A DNA stretch of 64,000 nucleotides from Gammaproteobacteria bacterium. GTDB lineage: Bacteria > Pseudomonadota > Gammaproteobacteria > Eutrophobiales > Eutrophobiaceae. Location of the stretch: assembly GCA_965221695.1 (NCBI GenBank), contig OZ244905.1, forward strand, positions 2,272,001 to 2,336,000, written 5' to 3'. The translations under genes and the position numbers were made by a program. The notes under the pieces are model-generated. The model worked only from the letters and a program-made list of their open reading frames with translations. It was not told the DNA's origin and searched no databases. Below, piece by piece: positions 12,853 to 22,957 of the stretch (position 1 is its first letter; each line of letters starts with the position of its first letter).

Positions 12853-12914
12853 TTATTGCTTTTGACGTTGCATCAAGGTACCGTAAGACATACTTGGAAT
12901 CCATGCTCCACAAC

Positions 12915-14225
12915 ATGAAAATCAGTGAAGACAGCAAGCGCCGCAAGAAGCTCATGGACATGCTCGGGGATGACAGCATTGCCATCCTGCCTGCCGCACC
13001 GGAAAAAATTCGTAACCGGGATGTATCCTATCGTTACCGTCCCGATAGCGACTTTTATTACCTGACGGGGTTTGCTGAACCGCAAGCCGTGATGGTGTTG
13101 ATCCCCGGTCGCAGTCAGGGAGAATTTATCCTGTTCTGCCGCGAGCGTGATCCCGAGCAGGAAACCTGGCACGGTTACCGCGCGGGACTGGAAGGCGCGT
13201 GCAATGATTACGGTGCGGATGACGCCTATCCCATTACCGATATGGACGACATTCTGCCGGGATTGCTCGAGAACAGGGAGCGGATTTATTACACCATGGG
13301 AAATGACACTACGTTCGACCAGCGCGTGCTCGGCTGGGTCAACCAGGTGCGAGGCAAGGTCCGCGCCGGCGTTCACGCGCCGGAAGAATTCATATCCCTG
13401 AACCACATCCTGCATGATATGCGCTTGTATAAAAGCCGGCAGGAGATCCAAAAAATGCGCAAGGCCGCAACGATCTCGGCAAATGCCCATGTGCGCGCAA
13501 TGCAGACATGCCGGCCGGGGCTGATGGAATACCAGGTAGAGGCTGAACTTCTGCATGAATTCATGCGCCAGGGTGCGCTTAGCGCCGCCTATCCCTGCAT
13601 CGTCGGCAGCGGAGTAAACAGTTGCGTACTGCATTACACCGATAACACGCGGGAAATGCAGGAAGGTGACATCCTATTGATTGACGCCGGCGCCGAATAT
13701 GAATGTTATGCGAGCGATGTTACCCGCACTTTCCCCGTTAACGGCCGTTTCAACAGTAGCCAGCGCGCCGTCTACGAGGTCGTTCTGGCCGCCCAACTTG
13801 CCGCGATTGACGCAGTGAGGCCGGGAAATCATTGGAATGAACCCCACGACGCGGCAGTTGACGCGTTGACGGAAGGATTGATCTCTCTCGGGATCCTCAA
13901 GGGAACGTCGAAAAGCCTGGTAAAAGAGGACGCTTACAAACGCTATTTCATGCACAAGACCGGACACTGGCTTGGCATGGACGTACACGATGTCGGCGAT
14001 TATAAGCTGGGCGAACAGTGGCGCTTGCTGGAACCCGGCATGACGTTGACCATCGAACCGGGATTGTATCTTCCGCCGCAGGAGGGCCTGGCCGAAAAAT
14101 GGTGGAATATCGGCGTGCGTATCGAAGATGACGTGCTGGTGACAAAATCAGGGAATGAGGTGCTGAGTCGGGATGCGCCCAAAAGCATTTCCGAGATTGA
14201 GGCATTGATGGCGCATAACGGATGA
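12915..14225 (+). CDS. pepP: Xaa-Pro aminopeptidase (start ATG 12915 or 12903)
   Basis: DSDFYYLTGF, LIDAGAE, HWLGMDVHD, TIEPG, GVRIEDD. Confidence 0.95.
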   Translation: MKISEDSKRRKKLMDMLGDDSIAILPAAPEKIRNRDVSYRYRPDSDFYYLTGFAEPQAVMVLIPGRSQGEFILFCRERDPEQETWHGYRAGLEGACNDYGADDAYPITDMDDILPGLLENRERIYYTMGNDTTFDQRVLGWVNQVRGKVRAGVHAPEEFISLNHILHDMRLYKSRQEIQKMRKAATISANAHVRAMQTCRPGLMEYQVEAELLHEFMRQGALSAAYPCIVGSGVNSCVLHYTDNTREMQEGDILLIDAGAEYECYASDVTRTFPVNGRFNSSQRAVYEVVLAAQLAAIDAVRPGNHWNEPHDAAVDALTEGLISLGILKGTSKSLVKEDAYKRYFMHKTGHWLGMDVHDVGDYKLGEQWRLLEPGMTLTIEPGLYLPPQEGLAEKWWNIGVRIEDDVLVTKSGNEVLSRDAPKSISEIEALMAHNG

Positions 14226-14233
14226 ACTGAGCT

Positions 14234-16750
14234 GTGTATGATATTGCAGTGATTGGCGGCGGTATGGCCGGCGCTAGCCTTGCCTGTGCCCTCGCCGGTG
14301 AACAAACCAGTATCGCCCTGGTGGAAGAGCGGCCGGCGCGCGCCGGGCATACCCACAATGATGATGCCAGGGGTATTGCCTTGTCACGTTCTTCCTTGCA
14401 AGCGCTGAAAGGGACGGGATTGTGGCAGAAACTGGAACCATCAGCCTGTCCCATTGAGCACATACATGTCAGCGCCAGGGGCCGTTACGGCTCTGTCAGG
14501 ATGTCTGCCGGCATGCTCGATCTCGACGCGCTGGGATACGTGGTTCCCGCGCAGGAACTGGGGAATAAACTGTTGCAGGAGATTGCCGGGCATGCCGACA
14601 TCGAGATGTTCTGCCCGGCAAAAGCGGAAAAGATAGAACATGAACCGGGTTCCATTGCGGTGCATGTCACGCGGCCTGATGCAGATACAGATAAAGACAC
14701 AGATACAGTCATCCGGTGCAAGCTGCTGGTAATCGCGGATGGCGCGTTTTCCACCCTGAGAGACCTGGCCGGTATCTCGACAAGCATCCATGACTACCGG
14801 CAGATGGCGATCGTTTCGAACGTTACGGTTTCCAAGGAACATCACAACACCGCATACGAGCGGTTTATTCCCGGTGGCCTGGTCGCGATACTGCCGTTGA
14901 AGGGGAAAAACCGCTGCGTCACGGTCCTGGTATCACCGGCGGACCAGGCGGAAGATCACCTGCAACTGGACGACGAGGGTTATCTGAAGCTGTTGCAACA
15001 GGCTTTCGGCAAACGCCTTGGAGAATTAACCGGTCCGGGTCCCAGACAGTCCTGGCCGCTGGTTTTATTACAGCCCGAACGGCAGATAGCCCAACGGATC
15101 GTGCTGCTGGGCAACGCGGCCCATACTATCCACCCCAACGGCGCGCAGGGATTCAACCTGGCCCTGCGGGACATGGCAGCGCTCGCGGGACTATTGCGCG
15201 CAACGCTACGGGACGGCGGCGATGTGGGCGCGACGGAGGTTCTGGAAGCATACGCATCATCCAGGCAAGCCGATCAGCGCCGGGTCATCCGCTTCACGGA
15301 CTTGCTGCAAAAGACATCCGGACGCACCGATACGATAACGCCCGCATTACGCGGCAGCATGATGCTGGCGTTGGATGCGTTGCCGAGACTGAAAAATGAG
15401 TTCATCCGGCGTGCGGCGGGGTTGCAGACACCATCGGCGCCAATAGCAGCGCCCAAACCCGGGGAGCCGAGCAAGACCGACCGGAAGAGCAAGGCAGGAG
15501 TGAAGCATGAATCCGGCACAAGGCGCCGCGCACGACCCAGCGCTCCTGATACGGAACTGCTTATCATTGGCGGCGGCGTGATCGGCGCCACCATGGGATT
15601 ACTGGCCGCATCGGGCGGCATGGATTGCATCCTGGTCGAGCGCAACAGCCCGCCGGTGGACGATAAACCGGTGGAAGATGCCCGGGTGCTGGCCCTGACC
15701 GCGGCATCGAGGAAGATTCTGACCAGGGTGCGGGCCTGGCAGCAGCTTGCGGAGCAGGATATCGGCCTGTTCCGGCAGATGCATGTCTGGGACGAGAACG
15801 GCAGCGGCAGCCTGCACTTCGACAGCGCCGCCATCGGCCTGCCGGCGCTTGGCCATATCGTGCCCCAGAATTTGCTGGTCAGCGCGTTGGAATCCGTGCG
15901 TGTGGGCCTGCCGGGAATTTCCGTACACACAGGCGCCGAACCGTCGCACCTCACAGACGCAGGCAATGCCATCAGGGTGACGTTGAGTGATGGCCGGGAG
16001 GTTTCGGCAAAACTGCTTGTTGCCGCCGACGGTACCAGGTCAAAGGTCCGGCAGCTCGCCGGCATAGGGTACCCGGTCCACCGGTATCGGCAAGCGGCTG
16101 TCGCGGGCATCGTGCGGACGGAATTGAACCACGGGCAAGTGGCGCGCCAGCGGTTTTTGTCGAATGGCCCACTGGCGTTCCTGCCCATGGCAGACCCGAA
16201 CCGCTGCGGGGTGGTCTGGTCGACCGCGCCGGAACATGCGGACGAACTGCTTGCAATGGATGATACGGATTTTCTTCAGGCGCTTGAAGAGGCTTTCGAA
16301 TCCACCCTGGGCGCGCTGTCTGATGTCGGCGTCAGGCAGGGATTTCCGTTACAGAGAGCGCAGGCCCGGCGTTACTGTACAGAGCGCATCGCGCTGGTCG
16401 GCGATGCCGCGCATTGCGTCCACCCACTGGCCGGCCTGGGCGCCAACCTGGGGCTGCTTGATGTCGCCGCGTTGTTCCAGGTCATTACGGCTGCGGGCGC
16501 GAAACGCCGCGACCCCGGCGGCAGCGCGGTATTGAGAAAGTATGAAAGATGGCGCAAAGGCGAAAATTATATGGTGATCATGGCCCTGGAAGGATTAAAA
16601 TACTTGTTTGAAACACAGGCTTTACCGATCCCGGGACTGAGGAATGCCGGGATGGAACTGTATAATTCGTTACAGTCGTTGAAGAATTTCACGATGCGCC
16701 GGGCCACGGGCCTGGCCGGCGATTTGCCGGACTTGGTCAGCAGTAGTTAA
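14234..16750 (+). CDS. ubiH-ubiI: Fused tandem FAD-dependent ubiquinone hydroxylases (UbiH-like + UbiI/VisC-like)
   Basis: Two complete sets of GxGxxG, ADG and G(N/D)AAH..HP..G.G.NL motifs in one 838-aa frame; position after pepP matches the pepP-ubiH-ubiI order. Confidence 0.85.
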   Translation: MYDIAVIGGGMAGASLACALAGEQTSIALVEERPARAGHTHNDDARGIALSRSSLQALKGTGLWQKLEPSACPIEHIHVSARGRYGSVRMSAGMLDLDALGYVVPAQELGNKLLQEIAGHADIEMFCPAKAEKIEHEPGSIAVHVTRPDADTDKDTDTVIRCKLLVIADGAFSTLRDLAGISTSIHDYRQMAIVSNVTVSKEHHNTAYERFIPGGLVAILPLKGKNRCVTVLVSPADQAEDHLQLDDEGYLKLLQQAFGKRLGELTGPGPRQSWPLVLLQPERQIAQRIVLLGNAAHTIHPNGAQGFNLALRDMAALAGLLRATLRDGGDVGATEVLEAYASSRQADQRRVIRFTDLLQKTSGRTDTITPALRGSMMLALDALPRLKNEFIRRAAGLQTPSAPIAAPKPGEPSKTDRKSKAGVKHESGTRRRARPSAPDTELLIIGGGVIGATMGLLAASGGMDCILVERNSPPVDDKPVEDARVLALTAASRKILTRVRAWQQLAEQDIGLFRQMHVWDENGSGSLHFDSAAIGLPALGHIVPQNLLVSALESVRVGLPGISVHTGAEPSHLTDAGNAIRVTLSDGREVSAKLLVAADGTRSKVRQLAGIGYPVHRYRQAAVAGIVRTELNHGQVARQRFLSNGPLAFLPMADPNRCGVVWSTAPEHADELLAMDDTDFLQALEEAFESTLGALSDVGVRQGFPLQRAQARRYCTERIALVGDAAHCVHPLAGLGANLGLLDVAALFQVITAAGAKRRDPGGSAVLRKYERWRKGENYMVIMALEGLKYLFETQALPIPGLRNAGMELYNSLQSLKNFTMRRATGLAGDLPDLVSSS

Positions 16751-16764
16751 GGCGCGATGACCGA

Positions 16765-18447
16765 ATGGATAATTTAACCCCCCCACACTTTGTGCGCAAG
16801 ATCATCGCTGATGATATCGAACAGGGCCGATGCCCTGAAGGTATCCGTACGCGTTTCCCCCCCGAACCCAACGGTTTCCTGCATATCGGCCATGCCAAGG
16901 CCATTTGCGTGAATTTCGGCATGGCCGCGGAATACCAGGGCAAATGCAACCTGCGCTTCGATGACACCAACCCGGAAAAAGAGGACATGAAATATGTGGA
17001 GGCCATCCAGGAGGATGTACGCTGGCTGGGGTTTGACTGGGAAGACAGGTTGTATTTTGCCTCCGATTATTTCATGCGGCTGTTCGAGTTTGCGATCGAA
17101 TTGATTGAGCAGGGCAAGGCTTATGTCGACAGCATGAGCGCCGATCAGATAAGGGAATACCGCGGTACCCTGACGGAACCGGGGACCGACAGTCCTTTCC
17201 GGAACCGGCCGGTTGCCGAGAACCTGGACCTGTTTCGCAGGATGAAAGCGGGAGAATTTGCCGACGGAGAACATGCGCTCAGGGCAAAAATCGATATGGG
17301 GTCGGCCAACCTGAACATGCGGGACCCGGTGATATACCGGATCCGCAGGTCCGTCCATTATCGAACAGGGGATGCCTGGTGCATCTATCCCATGTACGAT
17401 TTCACCCATTGCCTGTCGGATGCGCTGGAGCATATCACCCACTCACTGTGCAGCCTGGAATTTGAGGACCACCGGCCGTTGTACGACTGGTTTATCGATA
17501 ACCTGGCTACCCCCTCGCGCCCGCACCAGTACGAGTTCGCCCGCCTCAACCTGGAGTACACGGTGCTGAGCAAGCGCAAGCTGATCGAATTGGTGGAGGA
17601 CGGCCATGTGGACGGCTGGGATGACCCGCGCATGCCTACCCTGTCCGGACTGCGGCGGCGCGGCTTCACGCCGCATTCGATACGGGAATTCTGCGCGCGT
17701 ATCGGCCTGACAAAAAGCGACACCGTTATCGATGCGAGTGTGCTGGAACATGTGATCCGGGACGAGCTTGGCGCCGCGGCGCCGCGGCGTATGGCAGTAT
17801 TGCGCCCCTTAAAGGTGGTGATTGAAAACTATCCGGACGACAAGGAGGAACTGCTGGATGCCGCCAACCACCCGCAGGACCCGTCCATGGGTTCGCGCAA
17901 GGTGCCGTTCAGCAACGTGCTTTACATAGAACGGGATGATTTCATGGAAGATGCCCCGAAGAAATTTTTCCGGCTGGCGCCTGGCCGGGAAGTGCGTCTG
18001 CGCTATGCCTATTTCATCACCTGCAACGAAGTCATCAAGGACGAGAAGACCGGGACGGTGATGGAATTGCGTTGCAGCTATGATCCGGCAACACGCGGCG
18101 GCAACGCCCCCGACGGGCGCAAGGTCAAGGGCACGCTCCACTGGGTATCGGCCCGGCATGCGCGCCCGGCGCAGGTCAGGCTGTATGACAGGCTGTTCTC
18201 CGTCGCCAACCCGGACCGGGGCGATCAGGACTGGAAATCCTACCTCAATCCGAATTCACTGGAGACGCTTGGCGAGTGTCTCATCGAACCCGACCTGGCG
18301 CAGGCGCAGCCGGAGCAACGCTTCCAGTTCGAGCGGCTGGGGTACTTCTGCGCCGAGAAGGAAGACTGGCGCGAGGACAGCCCGGTGTTCAACCGCATCG
18401 TGACGCTGCGCGATACCTGGGCAAAGATAAGCAACAAGAGGAGCTGA
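16765..18447 (+). CDS. glnS: Glutamine-tRNA ligase
   Basis: [37 protein letters not shown]. Confidence 0.97.
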   Translation: MDNLTPPHFVRKIIADDIEQGRCPEGIRTRFPPEPNGFLHIGHAKAICVNFGMAAEYQGKCNLRFDDTNPEKEDMKYVEAIQEDVRWLGFDWEDRLYFASDYFMRLFEFAIELIEQGKAYVDSMSADQIREYRGTLTEPGTDSPFRNRPVAENLDLFRRMKAGEFADGEHALRAKIDMGSANLNMRDPVIYRIRRSVHYRTGDAWCIYPMYDFTHCLSDALEHITHSLCSLEFEDHRPLYDWFIDNLATPSRPHQYEFARLNLEYTVLSKRKLIELVEDGHVDGWDDPRMPTLSGLRRRGFTPHSIREFCARIGLTKSDTVIDASVLEHVIRDELGAAAPRRMAVLRPLKVVIENYPDDKEELLDAANHPQDPSMGSRKVPFSNVLYIERDDFMEDAPKKFFRLAPGREVRLRYAYFITCNEVIKDEKTGTVMELRCSYDPATRGGNAPDGRKVKGTLHWVSARHARPAQVRLYDRLFSVANPDRGDQDWKSYLNPNSLETLGECLIEPDLAQAQPEQRFQFERLGYFCAEKEDWREDSPVFNRIVTLRDTWAKISNKRS

Positions 18448-18448
18448 C

Positions 18449-19345
18449 ATGACAGACTCGAACACTTCACTATTCCAATCAGACATCAACAGTCTTCCCC
18501 TGCTGAACCGGGGCAAGGTGCGTGACATCTACGATGTGGACGCCGACCACCTGCTGATCGTCACCAGCGACCGTATCTCCGCTTTTGACGTGGTGTTGCC
18601 CGACCCGGTCCCCGGCAAGGGCAGCGTATTGACCACGGTGTCCAATTTCTGGTTTGCCCGCACAGAGAACCTGATCGCCAACCACCTGACCGGCCGCAGC
18701 CTGGCTTCCGCCGGTCTGAGCGAAGATGAGGTCAAGCAATTGGAAGGCCGGTCGATCGTGGTCCGGAAGCTGCAGCCGCTGCCGGTGGAAGCCATCGTGC
18801 GCGGCTACATCATCGGCTCAGGCTGGAAAGACTACCAGCGCACCGGCGCGGTCTGCGGCATCGAACTGCCGGCCGGTCTGGAACAGGCGCAACAATTGCC
18901 GGAGCCGATATTCACGCCCTCCACCAAGGCCGAGGCCGGCGAACACGATGAAAATATCAGTTTTGCACAAACCGTGGAACTGCTGGGCGCCGAACTGGCC
19001 GAAAAAGTGCGCACGCTCAGCCTGACTATCTACCGGCAGGCCGCGGAATATGCCGCTGAACGGGGGATCATCATCGCCGACACCAAGCTGGAATTCGGTT
19101 TTGACAGTAACCGCGAGTTGTACCTGATCGATGAAGTGCTGACCCCGGATTCATCCCGCTTCTGGCCCGCGGATTCCTACCGCACCGGCATCAGTCCGCC
19201 GAGTTTTGACAAGCAGTTCGTGCGCGACTACCTTGAAACCCAGGACTGGAACAAACAAGCGCCCGGCCCGGCATTGCCGGAGCAGGTTATCCAACAGACA
19301 GCCGCGAAGTACAAGGAGGCCCAGGACAGGCTGCTCGACGCATAA
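18449..19345 (+). CDS. purC: SAICAR synthetase
   Basis: [36 protein letters not shown]. Confidence 0.96.
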   Translation: MTDSNTSLFQSDINSLPLLNRGKVRDIYDVDADHLLIVTSDRISAFDVVLPDPVPGKGSVLTTVSNFWFARTENLIANHLTGRSLASAGLSEDEVKQLEGRSIVVRKLQPLPVEAIVRGYIIGSGWKDYQRTGAVCGIELPAGLEQAQQLPEPIFTPSTKAEAGEHDENISFAQTVELLGAELAEKVRTLSLTIYRQAAEYAAERGIIIADTKLEFGFDSNRELYLIDEVLTPDSSRFWPADSYRTGISPPSFDKQFVRDYLETQDWNKQAPGPALPEQVIQQTAAKYKEAQDRLLDA

Positions 19346-19353
19346 CACGCAAA

Positions 19354-20142
19354 ATGATCCCACTCCACGACGACAACCCCACGAGTATTTTCCCGGTACT
19401 CACCGTTACCTTCATCGCGGTCTGCGTACTGGTCTTCCTGTGGCAGGCGTCCCTGGGTACGCAAGGCTACCAGGCGGCGATCTATGCCCTGGGAGTCATC
19501 CCCGCGGTGTTGCTGGACAACGCAATACTGCCCCCGGAACTGTCGCTGGTGCCGCCCTCCATGACCGTGTTCACCTCCATGTTCCTGCACGGCGGCTTCA
19601 TGCACCTGGCCGGCAACATGCTGTACCTGTGGATCTTCGGCAATAACGTAGAAGATGCGATGGGCCATGGCCGCTTCATCGTATTCTACCTGCTGTGCGG
19701 AGTCGCGGCGGTGTTCGGCCAGGTGCTGCAAGACCCGTCATCCGAGATTCCGATGATCGGCGCCAGCGGCGCGATCTCCGGGGTGCTCGGCGCGTACCTG
19801 TTGCTTTACCCCCGCGCCCGGGTGCTGGTGCTGATCCCACTGGGATTCTTCATACAACTGGTCAGGCTGCCGGCGCTGTGGGTACTGGGACTGTGGTTCG
19901 CAATACAATTGATCAGTTCCGCGCTCACCTCGTCGGAAGGCGGAGGCGTGGCCTGGTTCGCCCACATCGGCGGCTTTATCGCCGGCATGGCGCTAATCCC
20001 GTTCTTCAAACGCGGCAACAAGACACTTTTGCATAAAGCCCACGGCTCCAAACGGTACAGCAAACGTGTAAGCCACTGGCCGCAGGGACAACATGACCAA
20101 CTGGAGAACGCCGCAAGACGCTGGTCGAAGCGGGACAGGTAG
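19354..20142 (+). CDS. Rhomboid family intramembrane serine protease
   Basis: MIPLHDDNP, HGGFMHLAGNM, GASGAISG, AHIGGF. Confidence 0.92.
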   Translation: MIPLHDDNPTSIFPVLTVTFIAVCVLVFLWQASLGTQGYQAAIYALGVIPAVLLDNAILPPELSLVPPSMTVFTSMFLHGGFMHLAGNMLYLWIFGNNVEDAMGHGRFIVFYLLCGVAAVFGQVLQDPSSEIPMIGASGAISGVLGAYLLLYPRARVLVLIPLGFFIQLVRLPALWVLGLWFAIQLISSALTSSEGGGVAWFAHIGGFIAGMALIPFFKRGNKTLLHKAHGSKRYSKRVSHWPQGQHDQLENAARRWSKRDR

Positions 20143-20147
20143 GAAGA

Positions 20148-20540
20148 ATGATTATCTATGGTGTCGCCCTGCTCTCCGCCTGCCTTGTGGCGGGCATGCT
20201 GATCGGTGAAGGCCTGGGAATTGTTCTCGGTGTCGAAGCAAATGTCGGCGGTGTGGGCATTGCCATGCTCTTTCTTGTGCTGGCCTGTAATTCCGCTAGA
20301 TTCAGCGCCTTGACCGAAGGGGCGGCGGGTTCGGGTGTGAAGTTCTGGAGCGCGATGTACATCCCCATTGTTGTCGCCATGGCCGCGCAGCAGGATGTTG
20401 CCGCGGCGCTTGACGGCGGCCTGATCGCGCTGGTCGCAGGTGTTGCCGCAGTCGCGGTCAGTTTCGCCCTTGTCCCCGCGCTGAGCAGGATCGGCGCGGA
20501 GCCGGAGAGCGACGCGATCAAGGAGGATGCCGAGCGATGA
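20148..20540 (+). CDS. madL: Malonate transporter subunit MadL
   Basis: MIIYGVALL, ANVGGVGIAM, FWSAMYIPIVVAMAA. Confidence 0.9.
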   Translation: MIIYGVALLSACLVAGMLIGEGLGIVLGVEANVGGVGIAMLFLVLACNSARFSALTEGAAGSGVKFWSAMYIPIVVAMAAQQDVAAALDGGLIALVAGVAAVAVSFALVPALSRIGAEPESDAIKEDAER

Positions 20541-21298
20541 CCGAATTGCTGGAAACCGTATTTGTCCGCAACAACCTCATTGTCGCTTTTGCTGTCGTTG
20601 GCATCACGATCTGGCTTTCGTACCTGCTCGCGAACAAGCTCACCGCCGGGCGCATCCACGGTTCGGCCATCGCCATCGCCGTTGGCCTGGTCGCGGCCTG
20701 GTACGGCGGAGTCGTGACCGGCGGCAACCGCGGCGTGGCGGATTTTGCGCTGCTCAGTGGCATCGGCCTGATGGGGGGCGGCATGATGCGCGATTTCGCC
20801 ATCGTCGCCACCGCTTTCGGCGCGCAATTAAGCGAGTTGAAGAAAGCCGGCCTGGCGGGCGTGCTCTCGATTTTCGCCGGCGTCATTGTCTCGTTTGTGG
20901 TTGGCGCGGCGGTGGCGGTGGCATTCGGCTATACCGACCCAACCGAAATCACCACTATCGGCGCCGGCGCGGTGACGTATATCGTCGGCCCGGTTACCGG
21001 AGAGGCCATTGGCGCGTCCGATACCGTGATTACCTTGAGCGTTGCCGCGGGGCTGGTGAAATCGATCCTGGTGATGATCGGCACACCGTTTGTCGCCCGT
21101 TACATCGGCCTGGACAATCCGCAGTCGGCAATGGTGTTCGGCGGCCTGATGGGAACCACAAGCGGCGTGGCCGCGGGGTTGGCGGCAACGGATCCAAAAC
21201 TGGTTCCCTATGGCGCGATGACGGCGACGTTCTACACCGGTGTGGGTTGCCTGTTGGGTCCCTCGGCGCTGTTTTTCGTTGTGGAAGTTATGTTCTGA
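20537..21298 (+). CDS. madM: Malonate transporter subunit MadM
   Basis: GRIHGSAIAI, MRDFAIVAT, DPKLVPYGAMTATFYTG; overlaps madL stop. Confidence 0.92.
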   Translation: MTELLETVFVRNNLIVAFAVVGITIWLSYLLANKLTAGRIHGSAIAIAVGLVAAWYGGVVTGGNRGVADFALLSGIGLMGGGMMRDFAIVATAFGAQLSELKKAGLAGVLSIFAGVIVSFVVGAAVAVAFGYTDPTEITTIGAGAVTYIVGPVTGEAIGASDTVITLSVAAGLVKSILVMIGTPFVARYIGLDNPQSAMVFGGLMGTTSGVAAGLAATDPKLVPYGAMTATFYTGVGCLLGPSALFFVVEVMF

Positions 21299-21389
21299 CT
21301 GAGGCAGGCGGATTCAATCGTTACGCCGAGCGGATTGATCCGTGGCAGATTCATCGGCGGTTGTTATGAACAATACAGGCGGGTGCAAT

Positions 21390-22904
21390 ATGTCACAACA
21401 AGCATTTTCTCATCTGACCGAAGGCAATACGCGCATCGCGCTCGTTGCGGATACGGCAAGTTTCACATACGGCGAGGTGAACTCGCGCATCAATCGATTC
21501 GCGACCGGACTGCTTGGCGGCCGAGACGACCTGGACGAAGAGCGCATCGCCTTCTTCCTGCCGGCGAGCCTTGATTACGTCACCTGCCTGCATGGCGTGT
21601 GGCGGGCGGGGGGCATCGCCGTTCCGCTGAACGTGGCCTCGGCAGTCGCCGAACTCGATCATTATCTGAGCAGCGCCAATGTCACGCGCATGTTCGCTGA
21701 AGCCGAAGCGCCGGAAGAATTACGCGAACTATGCGCATCGCTCGGCATTGAGTTGCTGACCGTGGAAGCAATGCTGGCGCAAGCGCCGGTCGAGTTGCCC
21801 GAGATCGATCCGGGACGCCGCGCCATGATGCTGTTCACCAGCGGCACTACGAGCAAGCCCAAGGGAACGGTGAGCACCCATAAAACGATCCGCGCCCAGA
21901 TCACCACCTTGATCGACGCCTGGCGCTGGACCGAAGATGATGTGATTCCGTTGTTCCTGCCGCTGCACCATATCCACGGTATCATCAACATTCTCAGTTG
22001 CGGGCTGTGGGCGGGCGCCAGGGTGCATTTGTTCGCGGGACTCGATATTCCCAAAGTCACCACGGAGGTGGCGGCCGGCGTCTACAACGTGTTCATGGCC
22101 GTTCCCACCGTTTACGTCAAACTGATCCAATATCTGGAAAAGCAGGACCCGAAACAGGTCGAAGCCATTTGCGCCGGCTTCAAGGCCATGCGCTTGAACA
22201 TTTCCGGCTCGGCGGCCTGCCCGGTCAAGTTGTTCGAGCAATGGCGCGATCTCACCGGCCAGGTTCTGCTCGAACGCTACGGCATGACCGAAATCGGCAT
22301 GGGCATTTCCAATCCCTATCACGGCGAGCGCCGCGCGGGCTATGTCGGCCAACCCCTGCCGGGTGTCGAAGTGCAACTGTTCGACGAATCGCATCAGCCC
22401 GTCACGGGTGAAGACAATCCAGGCGAAATCCGCATCAAGGGCGACAATGTTTTCCTGGAATATTGGGGCAACGAAGAAGCCACTCGCAAGAGTTTTGTCG
22501 ACGGTTGGTTCTGCACCGGCGACATGGCGGTGATCGAGGACGGTTATTTCCGCATCATGGGCCGCACCTCGGTGGACATCATCAAGTCGGGCGGATACAA
22601 GCTCTCGGCGCTGGAAATCGAAGGCGTGTTGCTCACCCACGAGGACATCGCCGAAGTCGCGGTAATCGGCGCCGAAGACGAAGTCTGGGGAGAAGCCGTC
22701 TCAGCTTTCATCGTGACGAAGAGCGGCGCCGAACTGGATTACGCGGAACTGAAAAGCTGGTGCAACGATCGCATGTCGTCCTACAAGATTCCCAAATACG
22801 TCAAGCGCCTCGACGCCCTGCCACGCAATGCCATGGGCAAAGTCACCAAACCCGCGCTAAAAGAGCATTGGAAGAATAGCCGCCCAAAACCCGGTGATCT
22901 TTGA
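21390..22904 (+). CDS. matB: Acyl-CoA synthetase, probably malonyl-CoA synthetase (MatB/ACSF3-like)
   Basis: FTSGTTSKPKG, LLERYGMTE signature, PRNAMGKV; follows madLM. Confidence 0.75.
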   Translation: MSQQAFSHLTEGNTRIALVADTASFTYGEVNSRINRFATGLLGGRDDLDEERIAFFLPASLDYVTCLHGVWRAGGIAVPLNVASAVAELDHYLSSANVTRMFAEAEAPEELRELCASLGIELLTVEAMLAQAPVELPEIDPGRRAMMLFTSGTTSKPKGTVSTHKTIRAQITTLIDAWRWTEDDVIPLFLPLHHIHGIINILSCGLWAGARVHLFAGLDIPKVTTEVAAGVYNVFMAVPTVYVKLIQYLEKQDPKQVEAICAGFKAMRLNISGSAACPVKLFEQWRDLTGQVLLERYGMTEIGMGISNPYHGERRAGYVGQPLPGVEVQLFDESHQPVTGEDNPGEIRIKGDNVFLEYWGNEEATRKSFVDGWFCTGDMAVIEDGYFRIMGRTSVDIIKSGGYKLSALEIEGVLLTHEDIAEVAVIGAEDEVWGEAVSAFIVTKSGAELDYAELKSWCNDRMSSYKIPKYVKRLDALPRNAMGKVTKPALKEHWKNSRPKPGDL

Positions 22905-22957
22905 GATACCCGGCTAGTCAGACCTGTCTGGAAATTGAATATTCATCAAACTGACTG

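Noticed and set aside
12777-12914. N-terminal extension of pepP in the ORF track
   Set aside because: Translates a family-A repeat; recognisable PepP sequence begins near ATG 12903/12915
19354-20142. Rhomboid as a rhombosortase for the giant surface protein
   Set aside because: Sequence fits the general MIPLxDxNP rhomboid type, and no GlyGly-CTERM substrate is visible in the window
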